From assembly GCA_002310055.1 (NCBI GenBank), contig DBXS01000033.1, forward strand, positions 40,822 through 104,821: 64,000 nt of DNA. The letters are read 5' to 3'. Of the stretch, positions 29,274 to 38,226 are shown piece after piece. How positions within the stretch are numbered: the stretch's first letter is position 1; the number at the start of each line of letters is the position of its first letter. Made by a program: the position numbers and the translations under genes. This stretch comes from Clostridiales bacterium UBA1206 (lineage in GTDB: Bacteria > Bacillota > Clostridia > Oscillospirales > CAG-382). The notes under the pieces were generated by a model. It had not been told where the DNA came from. It saw nothing but the letters and a program-made list of their open reading frames with translations, and searched no databases.

Positions 29274-30716
29274 ATGAAATGCGCATTCGGCAAGATATCG
29301 CTTAAAGGCACGTTCAAAGAGCAGTGGGAATACGGCACCGGACTTTACGGCAGATTTTTGTATCTGCAAAGCGGTTCGGAGCAGGCGCTTATCTGCGCGT
29401 TCGACCTCGCCGGCACGTTTCATACCGAAGCGCGCCGCTTTACCGCGCGCGTTTCCGAAATGACAGGCATTCCGCAAAAAAGCATATGGTTTCACGAGCT
29501 GCAGATCCACGCCGCCCCGGGCGGAAAAGAACTGTGCGGCGAGCCGATGGATATGATCATTTCGTGTTCCGCCGAAGAAGTCAGAGCCATGTTGTCGCGC
29601 GCCGAGGAATGCGAATGTTCCGCGTGCGATATCCATATGGGCACGGAATTCACCATGAACCGCGAACAGTACGTGGAAGGTCTCGGCGGAGTCACTGTCT
29701 GGCGCGGGCTCAAATTCGATAAAGACGGCGTCCCGTACACTAACGATCCTTCGGTCATGCTGCTGCGCGGTTACGAACCTAAACTTCATTCGCTCGATTC
29801 GCCCGTGTATTTCGATAACGCGGTCGACGAAAAGGCGTATCTGTTCGCGTTCAAAAACAAAGCGGGCAAAACGCTCGGCACGCTCAGCCGGTTCGCGGCG
29901 CATCCCGACGTGGCGGTGCTGTTCGAACACAGCGAAAACCCCGACCGCCTTAAAGAATACCGCTACGATTTCGACTGGCCCGGGTATCTGACCGAAATAA
30001 TGGAACGCGAATTCGGCGCGCCGGGGATGTATATAAACGGCCCGTGCGCCGATCTGGCGGTCAAAAAAGACTGCGTAAACAAAGGCACTTACGTTTCTTC
30101 CGCCGCCGAATGCCGGCGTATCGCCGCGCTTATCGGCAAAAAGATGATAAACGAGTTTCGCGGGCGTTCGCGTCCCGTGGATACCAAAGCGGTCTTCAGG
30201 ACCGAAACGTTTGAAATAAAGCTGCCGGTAAAAGACGATTTTCCACGCTCGCGCGCGGAAGCACGCGACTTCGAAGGGCGCGTCAAATCCGCTCAGGCGG
30301 CGCTCGACAAAGCGCTGGAAGAGGGAAGACCGGCGTATGAAATAAAAAAGCTCATAGACGAACGCTGGCGAAAAGGGCATTTCCATTCGATGGTGTTTTC
30401 AAGCGGCGGCTATACCGACGAAGAGCTCGCTTCCCGCGAGATACCCGTTCAGGTGACGGCGCTGCGGTTCGGCGGATATCTGTTCGTGGGCGTTCCCGGC
30501 GAATCGCTCGTGGATATCACGCTGTGGCTGCGCGGCTCGTTTACCGGCGAAAAGACCGTTCCCGTCGACCAGGTCAACGGCTATTACGATTATCTCGCCA
30601 CTCCGCGCTCGCTCACGCTCGGCGGCTACACATACTGGTCGAGCTTCGTCTCGCGCGGCGCGATCCCCAAACTCAAACGCGAACTGTACCCGCTGCTGCG
30701 GTCGTTTATGAAATAG
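29274..30716 (+). CDS. Hypothetical protein, possibly neutral/alkaline ceramidase-like fold
   Basis: 480 aa. Weak resemblance to the ceramidase N-terminal family pattern (LICAFDLAG..., IHAAPGG, RFAAHPD, ALRFGGYLFVGVPGE). Recognition from memory only. Confidence 0.3.
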   Translation: MKCAFGKISLKGTFKEQWEYGTGLYGRFLYLQSGSEQALICAFDLAGTFHTEARRFTARVSEMTGIPQKSIWFHELQIHAAPGGKELCGEPMDMIISCSAEEVRAMLSRAEECECSACDIHMGTEFTMNREQYVEGLGGVTVWRGLKFDKDGVPYTNDPSVMLLRGYEPKLHSLDSPVYFDNAVDEKAYLFAFKNKAGKTLGTLSRFAAHPDVAVLFEHSENPDRLKEYRYDFDWPGYLTEIMEREFGAPGMYINGPCADLAVKKDCVNKGTYVSSAAECRRIAALIGKKMINEFRGRSRPVDTKAVFRTETFEIKLPVKDDFPRSRAEARDFEGRVKSAQAALDKALEEGRPAYEIKKLIDERWRKGHFHSMVFSSGGYTDEELASREIPVQVTALRFGGYLFVGVPGESLVDITLWLRGSFTGEKTVPVDQVNGYYDYLATPRSLTLGGYTYWSSFVSRGAIPKLKRELYPLLRSFMK

Positions 30717-30753
30717 ACTTTGCCCGAAAAGAGGAAACCATACGGAAAAACGC

Positions 30754-31866
30754 ATCTTCACCGTACCCGATATTTATCCGGAATTTACCTGCAAAGCCGA
30801 AAAATGCACGCGCAACTGCTGCCTCGGCTGGCACATAACCGTTTCGATGCGCGATTATTTCAAGCTCGTAGGGATGGAATGCGGGCGCGATCTGCGCGAA
30901 CGGCTCGACCGCTCGCTGCACATATTGCGCGACGCCACTCCCGAACGTTACGCCGAATTTTCGCGCACCTACACCGGCGATTGCCCCATGCTGCGGCCCG
31001 ACGGACTGTGCATGCTCCAGCGCGAATGCGGCGAGGACGCGCTTTCGGCGGTCTGCCGCTACTATCCTCGCAGTCCGCGCACGCTCCGCGCCGACGAATG
31101 CGCGCTTTCGGCCTCGTGCGAGCGCGTGTGCGAGCAGCTCTTTGAAAAAACTGACCGCATGCGGTTCGTCAGAATACCGCTGGAATTCGCTTACGAGCTC
31201 CCCAAACGGAGCGACGACATGATAACGCGCTTTTACGTTCCGGTGCGCAAGCTGTTCGTTTCCGCTCTTCAAAACAGAGAATATACGCTTTCCGAACGCC
31301 TTGCGTTCTGCGAAAAACTCGCTGCCGTACTGCGCGACGGGTTCGCCGCACGCGGAATAAGCGGGATCGAACGCGCGCTTGAAGAATGCGCTTCGCTTTC
31401 CCCCGAACGCGCGGCAGGCGAACGCGATACGAGCGGATTTGAAACCGCCGCATATATGCTTTCGCGGCTTGCGGAACGCTACCCCATAGAGCGTTACGCC
31501 GCGGCGTGCGCCGCGAGCGAATACGGGGGAATGGAAAAAGAATTTTTAAAACGCTTTCCCGGATGGGAGATCATGTGCGAGCAGGTGCTCGTCAATCACG
31601 TCTTTTACGACGGTTTTCCGTTCTACGGCGACTTGCGGTACGATATCTACCACGCTTTCGCGGCTCTGGCGGCGCTGTACGCGGTGTGGAAAGTATCGTC
31701 GGTCTGCTCGCTTGCGGGCGAAGGCGATATAAACGCGCTCGTCGCGCTCACGAGCGAACTGTTCCGCATGGCGGAAAACTCCAATTTTAACATAGCCGCT
31801 TTAGCGCTTCTGGCAAACGGCGGCGTGCCCGAAAAAAGCGTAATACTGCCGCTCTGCGCGCTGTGA
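30754..31866 (+). CDS. FliB/YkgJ-type Cys-cluster protein (flagellin lysine-N-methylase-like); start codon unresolved
   Basis: Frame is open from 30712. The conserved N-terminal motif FTCKAEKCTRNCCLGWHI (30784-30837) precedes the first canonical start (ATG 30847). The only in-frame near-cognate candidates are ACG 30742 and ATC 30754. Confidence 0.5.
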   Translation: MFTVPDIYPEFTCKAEKCTRNCCLGWHITVSMRDYFKLVGMECGRDLRERLDRSLHILRDATPERYAEFSRTYTGDCPMLRPDGLCMLQRECGEDALSAVCRYYPRSPRTLRADECALSASCERVCEQLFEKTDRMRFVRIPLEFAYELPKRSDDMITRFYVPVRKLFVSALQNREYTLSERLAFCEKLAAVLRDGFAARGISGIERALEECASLSPERAAGERDTSGFETAAYMLSRLAERYPIERYAAACAASEYGGMEKEFLKRFPGWEIMCEQVLVNHVFYDGFPFYGDLRYDIYHAFAALAALYAVWKVSSVCSLAGEGDINALVALTSELFRMAENSNFNIAALALLANGGVPEKSVILPLCAL

Positions 31867-31895
31867 GCGCCGAGACGAGCACAGGAGGTCATCGT

Positions 31896-32528
31896 ATGAA
31901 AACACAAAAACGCGCGCCTTTTATAGTCTTTGAAGGGATCGACGGCAGCGGCAAGACAACGCAGAAAAACCTGCTTTGCCGCCGGCTTTCCGCTATTGGG
32001 ATACCCGTATACCCCACGCGCGAACCGACCGACGAAAAGATCGGCCGCTTTATACGCAGTATTCTTTCCGGCAACGCCAAAGCCGATAACCGCGTCATAG
32101 CGGCGCTGTTCGTCGCCGACCGGCTCGACCACCTGCTTTCCGAAGAATACGGCATGCTCGGCATAGCCCAAAGCGGCAGAGCCGTCATATGCGACAGATA
32201 TTATTTTTCCTCGTATGCGTATCACAGCGTGGATATGCCTATGGAATGGGTGATGCAAGCCAATTCGGTCGCCGCAGGCATACTGCGCCCCGATATCACT
32301 TTGTTTATAGATATCACCCCGGAAAAAGCCATGGAACGAATTCGCAAAAACCGCGAAAGCACCGAGCTTTTCGAAACGTTCGCGCGCCAAACCGCCGTGC
32401 GCGGGAATTATCTCAAATCGTTCGAGCTCACCAAGGACGCCGAAAACGTAGTCGTCATCGACGGCGACAGGCCCATCGCGGATATCGCCGACGACGTCTG
32501 GAACGCGGTAAAGATATATTTCGAATGA
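31896..32528 (+). CDS. tmk: Thymidylate kinase
   Basis: P-loop FIVFEGIDGSGKTTQ, DRY motif (CDRYYFSS). ATG follows AGGAGG. Confidence 0.93.
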   Translation: MKTQKRAPFIVFEGIDGSGKTTQKNLLCRRLSAIGIPVYPTREPTDEKIGRFIRSILSGNAKADNRVIAALFVADRLDHLLSEEYGMLGIAQSGRAVICDRYYFSSYAYHSVDMPMEWVMQANSVAAGILRPDITLFIDITPEKAMERIRKNRESTELFETFARQTAVRGNYLKSFELTKDAENVVVIDGDRPIADIADDVWNAVKIYFE

Positions 32529-32536
32529 TCCGCGCC

Positions 32537-32575
32537 GCCGCGCCTTTTAAAAGAAAGCGCGGCTTTTTCTTTTTG
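32537..32575 (+). terminator. Rho-independent terminator after tmk
   Basis: GCCGCGC...GCGCGGC stem followed by TTTTTCTTTTT. Confidence 0.7.
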
Positions 32576-32612
32576 TAATATCCACAAAAACGCGGTATAA
32601 AACTCTGCGTTA

Positions 32613-32657
32613 TGAATAAATCATCACAAAAAACGCGTTTTCCTGAATAATATTGCA
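32613..32657. promoter_or_regulatory. Two candidate ARG boxes (ArgR/AhrC operator) upstream of argG
   Basis: TGAATAAATCATCA (32613-32626) and TGAATAATATTGCA (32644-32657) each match TGAAT-W4-ATTCA at 12/14. Their starts are 31 bp apart, just upstream of a TTGCGT-N17-TAATAT promoter. Confidence 0.4.
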
Positions 32658-32732
32658 ATTTCCTCTTGCGTTTTCGGACCGCGCGTGATAATATATATAA
32701 TACTTAAATTTTTCCGGTGGAGGTAATTCATA

Positions 32733-33962
32733 ATGGCAAAAGAAAATATCAAAAAAATAGTGCTCGCCTATTCGGGCGGGCTCGATACCTCGGTCATCAT
32801 ACCGTGGCTCAAGGAAAATTATAACGATCCCGAAATTATCGCCGTCGCCGGCAACGTCGGTCAGGCGGACGAACTCGAAGGGCTCGAGGCGCGCGCGCTC
32901 AAGACCGGCGCTTCCAAGCTTTACGTGGAAGACCTCACCGAAGAATTCGTGGAAGAGGTCATAATCCCCACCGTGCAGGCGGGCGCAAAATACGAAGGGT
33001 ATCTGCTTGGCACCGCCATGGCGCGCCCCGTGATAGCGCGCAGGCTCGCCGAGATCGCCGTCGCCGAAAAAGCCGACGCCATCTGCCACGGCTGCACCGG
33101 AAAGGGAAACGACCAGGTGAGGTTCGAGCTTGCCATAAAGGCGTTCGCCCCCGGTATGAAGATAATCGCTCCCTGGCGCGAATGGGACATCAAGAGCCGC
33201 GAGGAAGAGATAGATTACGCCGAATCTCACAACGTCCCGCTCAAGATCAACCGCGAGACCAACTATTCCAAGGATAAAAACCTGTGGCACCTTTCGCACG
33301 AAGGTCTCGATCTCGAAGATCCCGGCAACGAGCCGCTTTATCAAAAGAAGGGCTTTTTGGAAATGGGCGTTTCGCCGCAGGACGCGCCCGATACTCCCGC
33401 CGAGCTCACGCTGGAATTCGAAAAAGGCCGTCCCGTCGCCCTGAACGGCGAAAAGAAGAGCGCCAAAGAAATAATACTCGAGCTCAACAAGCTGGGCGGC
33501 GCCAACGGCATAGGACTTCTGGACCTTGTGGAAAACCGTCTTGTAGGCATGAAGAGCCGCGGCGTGTACGAAACGCCCGGCGGCGCCATACTCTATTTCG
33601 CGCACGAATACCTCGAGACGATCACTTTGGATAAAATGACGCAGCATAAAAAAGCCGAGCTTTCGGTATCGTTCGCCGATCTGCTTTACAACGGCCAGTG
33701 GTATACGCCTCTGCGCGAGGCGCTTTCGGCTTTCGTCACAAAGACGCAGGAACGCGTTACCGGCAAAGTAAAGTTAAAGCTTTACAAGGGCAATATAATC
33801 AAAGCCGGCGTGTGGAGCGACTGGTCGCTCTATTCCGAAGAGATCGCCACCTTCGGCGAAGACGCCGTATACGATCAGAAAGACGCCAACGGATTCATCA
33901 ACCTGTGGGGACTCCCGGTCTCCACCGTGGCGGCGGTGAACCGCAAAAATTCCAAAAAATAA
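32733..33962 (+). CDS. argG: Argininosuccinate synthase
   Basis: 409 aa, with [23 protein letters not shown] and [18 protein letters not shown]. Confidence 0.98.
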   Translation: MAKENIKKIVLAYSGGLDTSVIIPWLKENYNDPEIIAVAGNVGQADELEGLEARALKTGASKLYVEDLTEEFVEEVIIPTVQAGAKYEGYLLGTAMARPVIARRLAEIAVAEKADAICHGCTGKGNDQVRFELAIKAFAPGMKIIAPWREWDIKSREEEIDYAESHNVPLKINRETNYSKDKNLWHLSHEGLDLEDPGNEPLYQKKGFLEMGVSPQDAPDTPAELTLEFEKGRPVALNGEKKSAKEIILELNKLGGANGIGLLDLVENRLVGMKSRGVYETPGGAILYFAHEYLETITLDKMTQHKKAELSVSFADLLYNGQWYTPLREALSAFVTKTQERVTGKVKLKLYKGNIIKAGVWSDWSLYSEEIATFGEDAVYDQKDANGFINLWGLPVSTVAAVNRKNSKK

Positions 33963-33973
33963 GAGGTGCAGCT

Positions 33974-35356
33974 ATGGCAAAGATCTGGGCGGGCCGCACG
34001 GCGGGCGAAATGAACGCCGCCGCCGACGAGTTCGATTCTTCCATAAAAACCGATAAACGTATGTACCGCCAGGATATCGCGGGTTCCTGCGCGCACGCCG
34101 AAATGCTCGCGCACTGCGGTATCATTTCGCAAAGCGAATGCGAAAGCATCGTCGCCGGGCTCAACGGCATACTCGCCGAACTCGAAAGCGGCGCACTCGC
34201 GATCGACCCCGCCGCCGAGGACATCCATTCGTTCGTGGAATGCGAGCTGACGAATCGCATCGGCGACGCCGGGAAAAAACTGCACACCGCGCGCAGCCGC
34301 AACGACCAGGTCGCGCTCGATATAAAGCTGTATCTGCGCGACGAATGCGATACCGTGCGCGGATATCTCGTTTCGCTTATCGAAGAACTCGCCGCGAAAG
34401 CGGAAAAGCATACGAATACCGTAATGCCGGGCTACACTCATCTGCAGCGGGCTCAGCCGGTCTCGTACGCTCATTATCTGCTCGCTTACGCGCAGATGTT
34501 CATGCGCGACCTTTTGCGGCTCAAAGACGCGCTCGCGCGGATGGATAAATGCCCGCTCGGCGCCTGCGCGCTCGCCGGAACGGGGTTCGCCATCGACCGC
34601 CGTTACAGTGCAAAGCTGCTGGGATTTTCGGCTCCCACCGCCAATTCGCTCGACACGGTCGCCGACCGCGATTTCTGCGTTGAGCTCGCGGCGGTGTTCG
34701 CGCTGATCGCCATGCACCTTTCGCGCTTCTGCGAAGAGATCGTGCTCTGGGCGGGCGCCGAATTTGCGTTCGTCACCGTGGGCGAGGGCTTCTCTACCGG
34801 ATCCAGCATAATGCCGCAAAAAAAGAACCCCGATATCGCCGAACTCATCCGCGGCAAGACCGGGCGCGTTTACGGCGACCTCACCGCGCTGCTCACGCTG
34901 CTCAAGGGGCTTCCGCTGGCGTACAACAAGGATATGCAGGAAGACAAAGAGGCGATCTTTGATTCGCTCGATACGGTCAAGCTCTGCCTCGGCGTGTTCA
35001 TCCCCATGCTGAGCAGCATCGAACCGCAGCCCGCGAATATGCTGGCGGCGGCGCAGAAGGGCTTTATCAACGCCACCGACCTCGCCGACTATCTGGCGAA
35101 AAAGGGCGTGCCGTTCCGCACCGCGTACAAGATATGCGGCGAGATCGTGTCGTACTGCGTCAAAAACGGCTGCGTGCTCGAAACGCTTCCGCTTGCGGAA
35201 TACAAAAAGTTTTCGCCGGTATTCGAAGAAGACCTTTACGCCGATATCGATCTTAAGAACTGTCTCGCCAAGCGCGAAAGCTGCGGCGGTCCGGGTCCTA
35301 ACAGCGTCAGAGCGCAAATGAAAGAACTGAAAGCGGAACTTGAAAAATACAAATAA
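33974..35356 (+). CDS. argH: Argininosuccinate lyase
   Basis: MAKIWAGR... start at ATG 33974 after GAGG. Fumarate-lyase signature GSSIMPQKKNPD. The longer ORF from 33698 overlaps argG and is rejected. Confidence 0.96.
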   Translation: MAKIWAGRTAGEMNAAADEFDSSIKTDKRMYRQDIAGSCAHAEMLAHCGIISQSECESIVAGLNGILAELESGALAIDPAAEDIHSFVECELTNRIGDAGKKLHTARSRNDQVALDIKLYLRDECDTVRGYLVSLIEELAAKAEKHTNTVMPGYTHLQRAQPVSYAHYLLAYAQMFMRDLLRLKDALARMDKCPLGACALAGTGFAIDRRYSAKLLGFSAPTANSLDTVADRDFCVELAAVFALIAMHLSRFCEEIVLWAGAEFAFVTVGEGFSTGSSIMPQKKNPDIAELIRGKTGRVYGDLTALLTLLKGLPLAYNKDMQEDKEAIFDSLDTVKLCLGVFIPMLSSIEPQPANMLAAAQKGFINATDLADYLAKKGVPFRTAYKICGEIVSYCVKNGCVLETLPLAEYKKFSPVFEEDLYADIDLKNCLAKRESCGGPGPNSVRAQMKELKAELEKYK

Positions 35357-35360
35357 AAGC

Positions 35361-35406
35361 AAAAAACACGAGGCAAGGTAAAAACCTTGCCTCGTTTCTT
35401 TGTTTG
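35361..35406. terminator. Bidirectional terminator between argH and pnp
   Basis: CGAGGCAAGG-taaaaa-CCTTGCCTCG 10-bp stem with an A-run upstream and TTTCTTTGTTTG downstream. Flanking genes are convergent. Confidence 0.85.
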
Positions 35407-35414
35407 TAAGGGTA

Positions 35415-37514
35415 TTATTCGTAAACGTCAAGGGCGTCTTTTCTCGAAAGATTGATGCGGCCCTTGTTGTCGACTCCGAGCACCATGATCTTGACGGTGT
35501 CGCCGATATTGACCACGTCTTCGACTTTTTCCACGCGTTTCTTATCCAGCTTGGAAATGTGGACGAGCCCTTCCTTGCCGGGAGCGTATTCGACGAACGC
35601 GCCGATGGGGATTATGCGGGTGACCTTGCCGGTGTAGATGGCGCCGGGTTCGGGATCCATAACGATGGCGTTGATGATGTCAAGCGCTCTGTAAGCGTTG
35701 TCCTTGTTGACAGCGGCGATGAACACGCTGCCGTCGTCTTCGATATCGATCTTTGCTCCGGTGTCGGCGCAGATCTTCTGGATGACTTTGCCGCCGGTGC
35801 CGATGACTTCGCGGATCTTTTCGGGATCGATCTTGGTGGAGATCATCTTGGGAGCGTATTCCGAAACGTCGTGTCTGGGCTCGCTTATGCAGGGCAGGAT
35901 GACGTTGTCGATTATATAGAAGCGGCCTTTCTTGGTGACTTCAAAGGCGTTCTTTATGATCTCGGGGGTAAGACCGTCGATCTTGAGGTCCATCTGGATG
36001 GCGGTGATGCCTTTCTTGGTGCCGGCGACTTTGAAGTCCATATCGCCGAAGAAATCTTCCAGACCCTGAATATCTATCATCGTGGCCCAGCCGCCGTCGT
36101 CGTCGGTTATAAGACCGCACGAAATGCCCGCGACGGGAGCGCTGATGGGCACGCCGGCGTCCATAAGGGCGAGCGTGGAGCCGCAGACCGAAGCCTGAGA
36201 AGTGGAACCGTTGGACGAAACGACTTCGGAAACGAGACGGATCGCGTACGGGAAATCCTCCTGCGCGGGGATAACGGGCTCGAGCGCGCGCTCGGCAAGA
36301 GCGCCGTGGCCGATCTCGCGTCTGCCGGGCGAACGGGAGGCTTTTGCTTCGCCTACCGAATAACCGGGCATGTTGTAGTGGTGCATGTATCTCTTGGTCT
36401 CTTCTTCGTCTATGCCGTCAAGCAGCTGCGCTTCGCGCAACGGTGCGAGAGTGGCGACCGTTACGACCTGAGTCTGACCTCTGGTGAACATGGCCGAACC
36501 GTGAGTTCTGGGCAGCAGGCCGACTTCCGCGGCGAGCGGACGGATCTGGTCCATGCGTCTGCCGTCGACTCTGCGGCGTTCTTCCTTGAGCCAGTGGCGC
36601 ACGATCTTCTTCTGCAGCTTGTACATGCATTCGTTTATCTGCAGCGTGGAATCGGGATATTCTTCGGCAAGCGCTTCGTAAACTTTTTCGTAAAGCGGCT
36701 TGAGGTTGGCGTCGCGAACTTTCTTGTCGTCGGTGTCGAGCGCGAGCTTGACGTCTTCGCCCACAAGGGCTTCGATCTTGTCGAACATATCGTGGTCGAT
36801 CTCACACGAAGGATACTCGAACTTGGGCTTGCCTATGGCGTCTTTGATGGACTGTATGAATTCCACGAGCGGGATTATCGCCTCGTGGGCTTTCATAATG
36901 GCTTCGAACATGGTGTCGTCGTCGACTTCCTTTGCGCCGGCTTCGATCATGACGACCTTTTCACGCGTGCCGGCTACGGTAAGTTCGAGCTCGGACTTTG
37001 CGCGCTGTTCGGCGGTGGGGTTGATGACGATCCTGCCGTCGACCAAGCCCACGAACACGCCGCCTATGGGGCCGTTCCAGGGGATATCGGAAATCGAAAG
37101 GGCGATGGAAGCGCCTATCATCGCGGCGATCTCGGGCGAGTTATCGGGGTCGACCGACATCACCATAAGCGAAAGCACCACGTCGTTTCTCAGATCCTTG
37201 GGGAAGAGAGGACGTATGGGGCGGTCGATGACGCGGCTGGCGAGTATGGCTTTTTCGCTGGGTCTGCCTTCTCTTTTAAGAAAGCTGCCGGGGATCTTGC
37301 CCACGGAATAGAGGCGTTCTTCAAAATCGACCGAAAGCGGCAAAAAGTCTATGCCGTCGCGGGGGGCGGCGGAAGCGGTGGCGTTTGCAAGCACCACGGT
37401 GTCGCCGTAGCGGACGAGGCAGGAACCGTTGGAAAGCTGGCTTATCTTGCCGGTCTCTATGACGAGCGGTCTGCCTGCGAGGGTATAATTGAATACCTTG
37501 TAGTTTTCGAACAT
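35415..37514 (-). CDS. pnp: Polyribonucleotide nucleotidyltransferase (PNPase)
   Basis: 699 aa. Two RNase PH domains, KH, and a C-terminal S1 (GKVTRIIPIGAFVEYAPGKEGLVHIS). Confidence 0.98.
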   Translation of the reverse strand: MFENYKVFNYTLAGRPLVIETGKISQLSNGSCLVRYGDTVVLANATASAAPRDGIDFLPLSVDFEERLYSVGKIPGSFLKREGRPSEKAILASRVIDRPIRPLFPKDLRNDVVLSLMVMSVDPDNSPEIAAMIGASIALSISDIPWNGPIGGVFVGLVDGRIVINPTAEQRAKSELELTVAGTREKVVMIEAGAKEVDDDTMFEAIMKAHEAIIPLVEFIQSIKDAIGKPKFEYPSCEIDHDMFDKIEALVGEDVKLALDTDDKKVRDANLKPLYEKVYEALAEEYPDSTLQINECMYKLQKKIVRHWLKEERRRVDGRRMDQIRPLAAEVGLLPRTHGSAMFTRGQTQVVTVATLAPLREAQLLDGIDEEETKRYMHHYNMPGYSVGEAKASRSPGRREIGHGALAERALEPVIPAQEDFPYAIRLVSEVVSSNGSTSQASVCGSTLALMDAGVPISAPVAGISCGLITDDDGGWATMIDIQGLEDFFGDMDFKVAGTKKGITAIQMDLKIDGLTPEIIKNAFEVTKKGRFYIIDNVILPCISEPRHDVSEYAPKMISTKIDPEKIREVIGTGGKVIQKICADTGAKIDIEDDGSVFIAAVNKDNAYRALDIINAIVMDPEPGAIYTGKVTRIIPIGAFVEYAPGKEGLVHISKLDKKRVEKVEDVVNIGDTVKIMVLGVDNKGRINLSRKDALDVYE

Positions 37515-37659
37515 TTTTTTCTTCCTTTCTTGTTTTTTGTTATATTATCAAGGAAGGAGCGCGGTTTAACACTTAAACACGGCGCAAAGCAAAAGCGTTC
37601 TTTGCGGCATATTTAACTGCTAAACCCGTTGAACTTCCCCGAATTTCTTAAAATTTGCA

Positions 37660-37695
37660 GGAAATAAGGGCCGCCGAGAAGACCCGGCAGCCCTT
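37660..37695 (-). terminator. Hairpin between rpsO and pnp (rpsO terminator/attenuator, pnp leader)
   Basis: Minus strand AAGGGCTGCCG-ggtcttct-CGGCGGCCCTT (6+4 bp with one mismatch), followed by ATTTCC. Position is analogous to the rpsO-pnp intergenic hairpin of other bacteria. Confidence 0.5.
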
Positions 37696-37700
37696 GCGGA

Positions 37701-37967
37701 TCATTTTCTTATACCGAGGCGCTCGATGATGGAACGATAACGGGTGATATCGATATCGGTGAGATAAGCAAGGAATTTCTTTCTCTTGCCGACCATCTGA
37801 TGCAGGCCTCTGCGCGAATGATCGTCTTTGGGGTTGCGCTTGAGATGTTCGGTGAGTTCGCGGATCCTGTAGGTGAGGATAGCGATCTGGACCTCAGGCG
37901 AACCGGTGTCGCCTTCGTGAACAGCGTACTCTTTGATGATCTGCTGCTTGAGTTCGGGTGCGAGCAT
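37701..37967 (-). CDS. rpsO: 30S ribosomal protein S15
   Basis: 88 aa from ATG 37967 ([32 protein letters not shown]...HSRRGL), 7 nt after GGAGGAA. The longer ORF to 38039 is rejected. Confidence 0.96.
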   Translation of the reverse strand: MLAPELKQQIIKEYAVHEGDTGSPEVQIAILTYRIRELTEHLKRNPKDDHSRRGLHQMVGKRKKFLAYLTDIDITRYRSIIERLGIRK

Positions 37968-38072
37968 TGTTTTGTTCCTCCTTCTTGTATTATTTACGCA
38001 AACGCTAAGCCGCCGGCGGAGGACCGCACGACTGAGCATCGCCTTGCGCGCGTTTTCCGCGCACCAAGCCGT

Positions 38073-38101
38073 ATTATATCACAACGTTTTCGTTTTGTAA
38101 A
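38073..38101 (-). promoter_or_regulatory. Sigma-A type promoter for rpsO
   Basis: Minus strand TTTACA, 17-nt spacer, TATAAT. Gives a leader of about 100 nt containing a GC hairpin (GCGCG-gaaaa-CGCGC), possibly an S15 autoregulatory site. Confidence 0.65.
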
Positions 38102-38140
38102 TACCTTTTTTATAAAAAATGCGGTTTTTTTGATTTTACC

Positions 38141-38164
38141 GCAGGGAAAACCCTGCTGCTTTTT
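38141..38164 (+). terminator. Orphan terminator-like hairpin between divergent promoters
   Basis: GCAGGG-aaaa-CCCTGC followed by TGCTTTTT on the plus strand. There is no plus-strand gene upstream of it. Confidence 0.35.
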
Positions 38165-38175
38165 AGCGTTTGGTA

Positions 38176-38204
38176 TTGACATAGCATATAAAGACTGTTA
38201 TAGT
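38176..38204 (+). promoter_or_regulatory. Sigma-A type promoter driving the long leader of the 38406 lipoprotein gene
   Basis: TTGACA (38176-38181), 17-nt spacer, TATAGT (38199-38204). Predicted 5' UTR of about 195 nt. Confidence 0.7.
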
Positions 38205-38226
38205 ATAAATGAAATCTAGGGAAAGT

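Noticed and set aside
30720-31145. 141-aa ORF starting at TTG 30720 as an alternative reading of the region upstream of the FliB-like gene.
   Set aside because: Its translation is an Arg/Ala/His-rich shadow. The +1 frame relative to it encodes the conserved FliB-type Cys motif and continues into a 339-aa conserved-looking protein.
33698-33973. N-terminal extension of argH (ORF track start 33698, overlapping argG by 265 nt). Similar upstream extensions exist for alaA (13453), ruvX (14830), tmk (31863), ilvB (51030), rpsO (38039), thpR (55400) and the 15601 lipoprotein (16737).
   Set aside because: Internal ATG codons with good Shine-Dalgarno spacing coincide with the conserved N-termini of the families. 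The extensions overlap upstream genes or promoters and have shadow-like composition.
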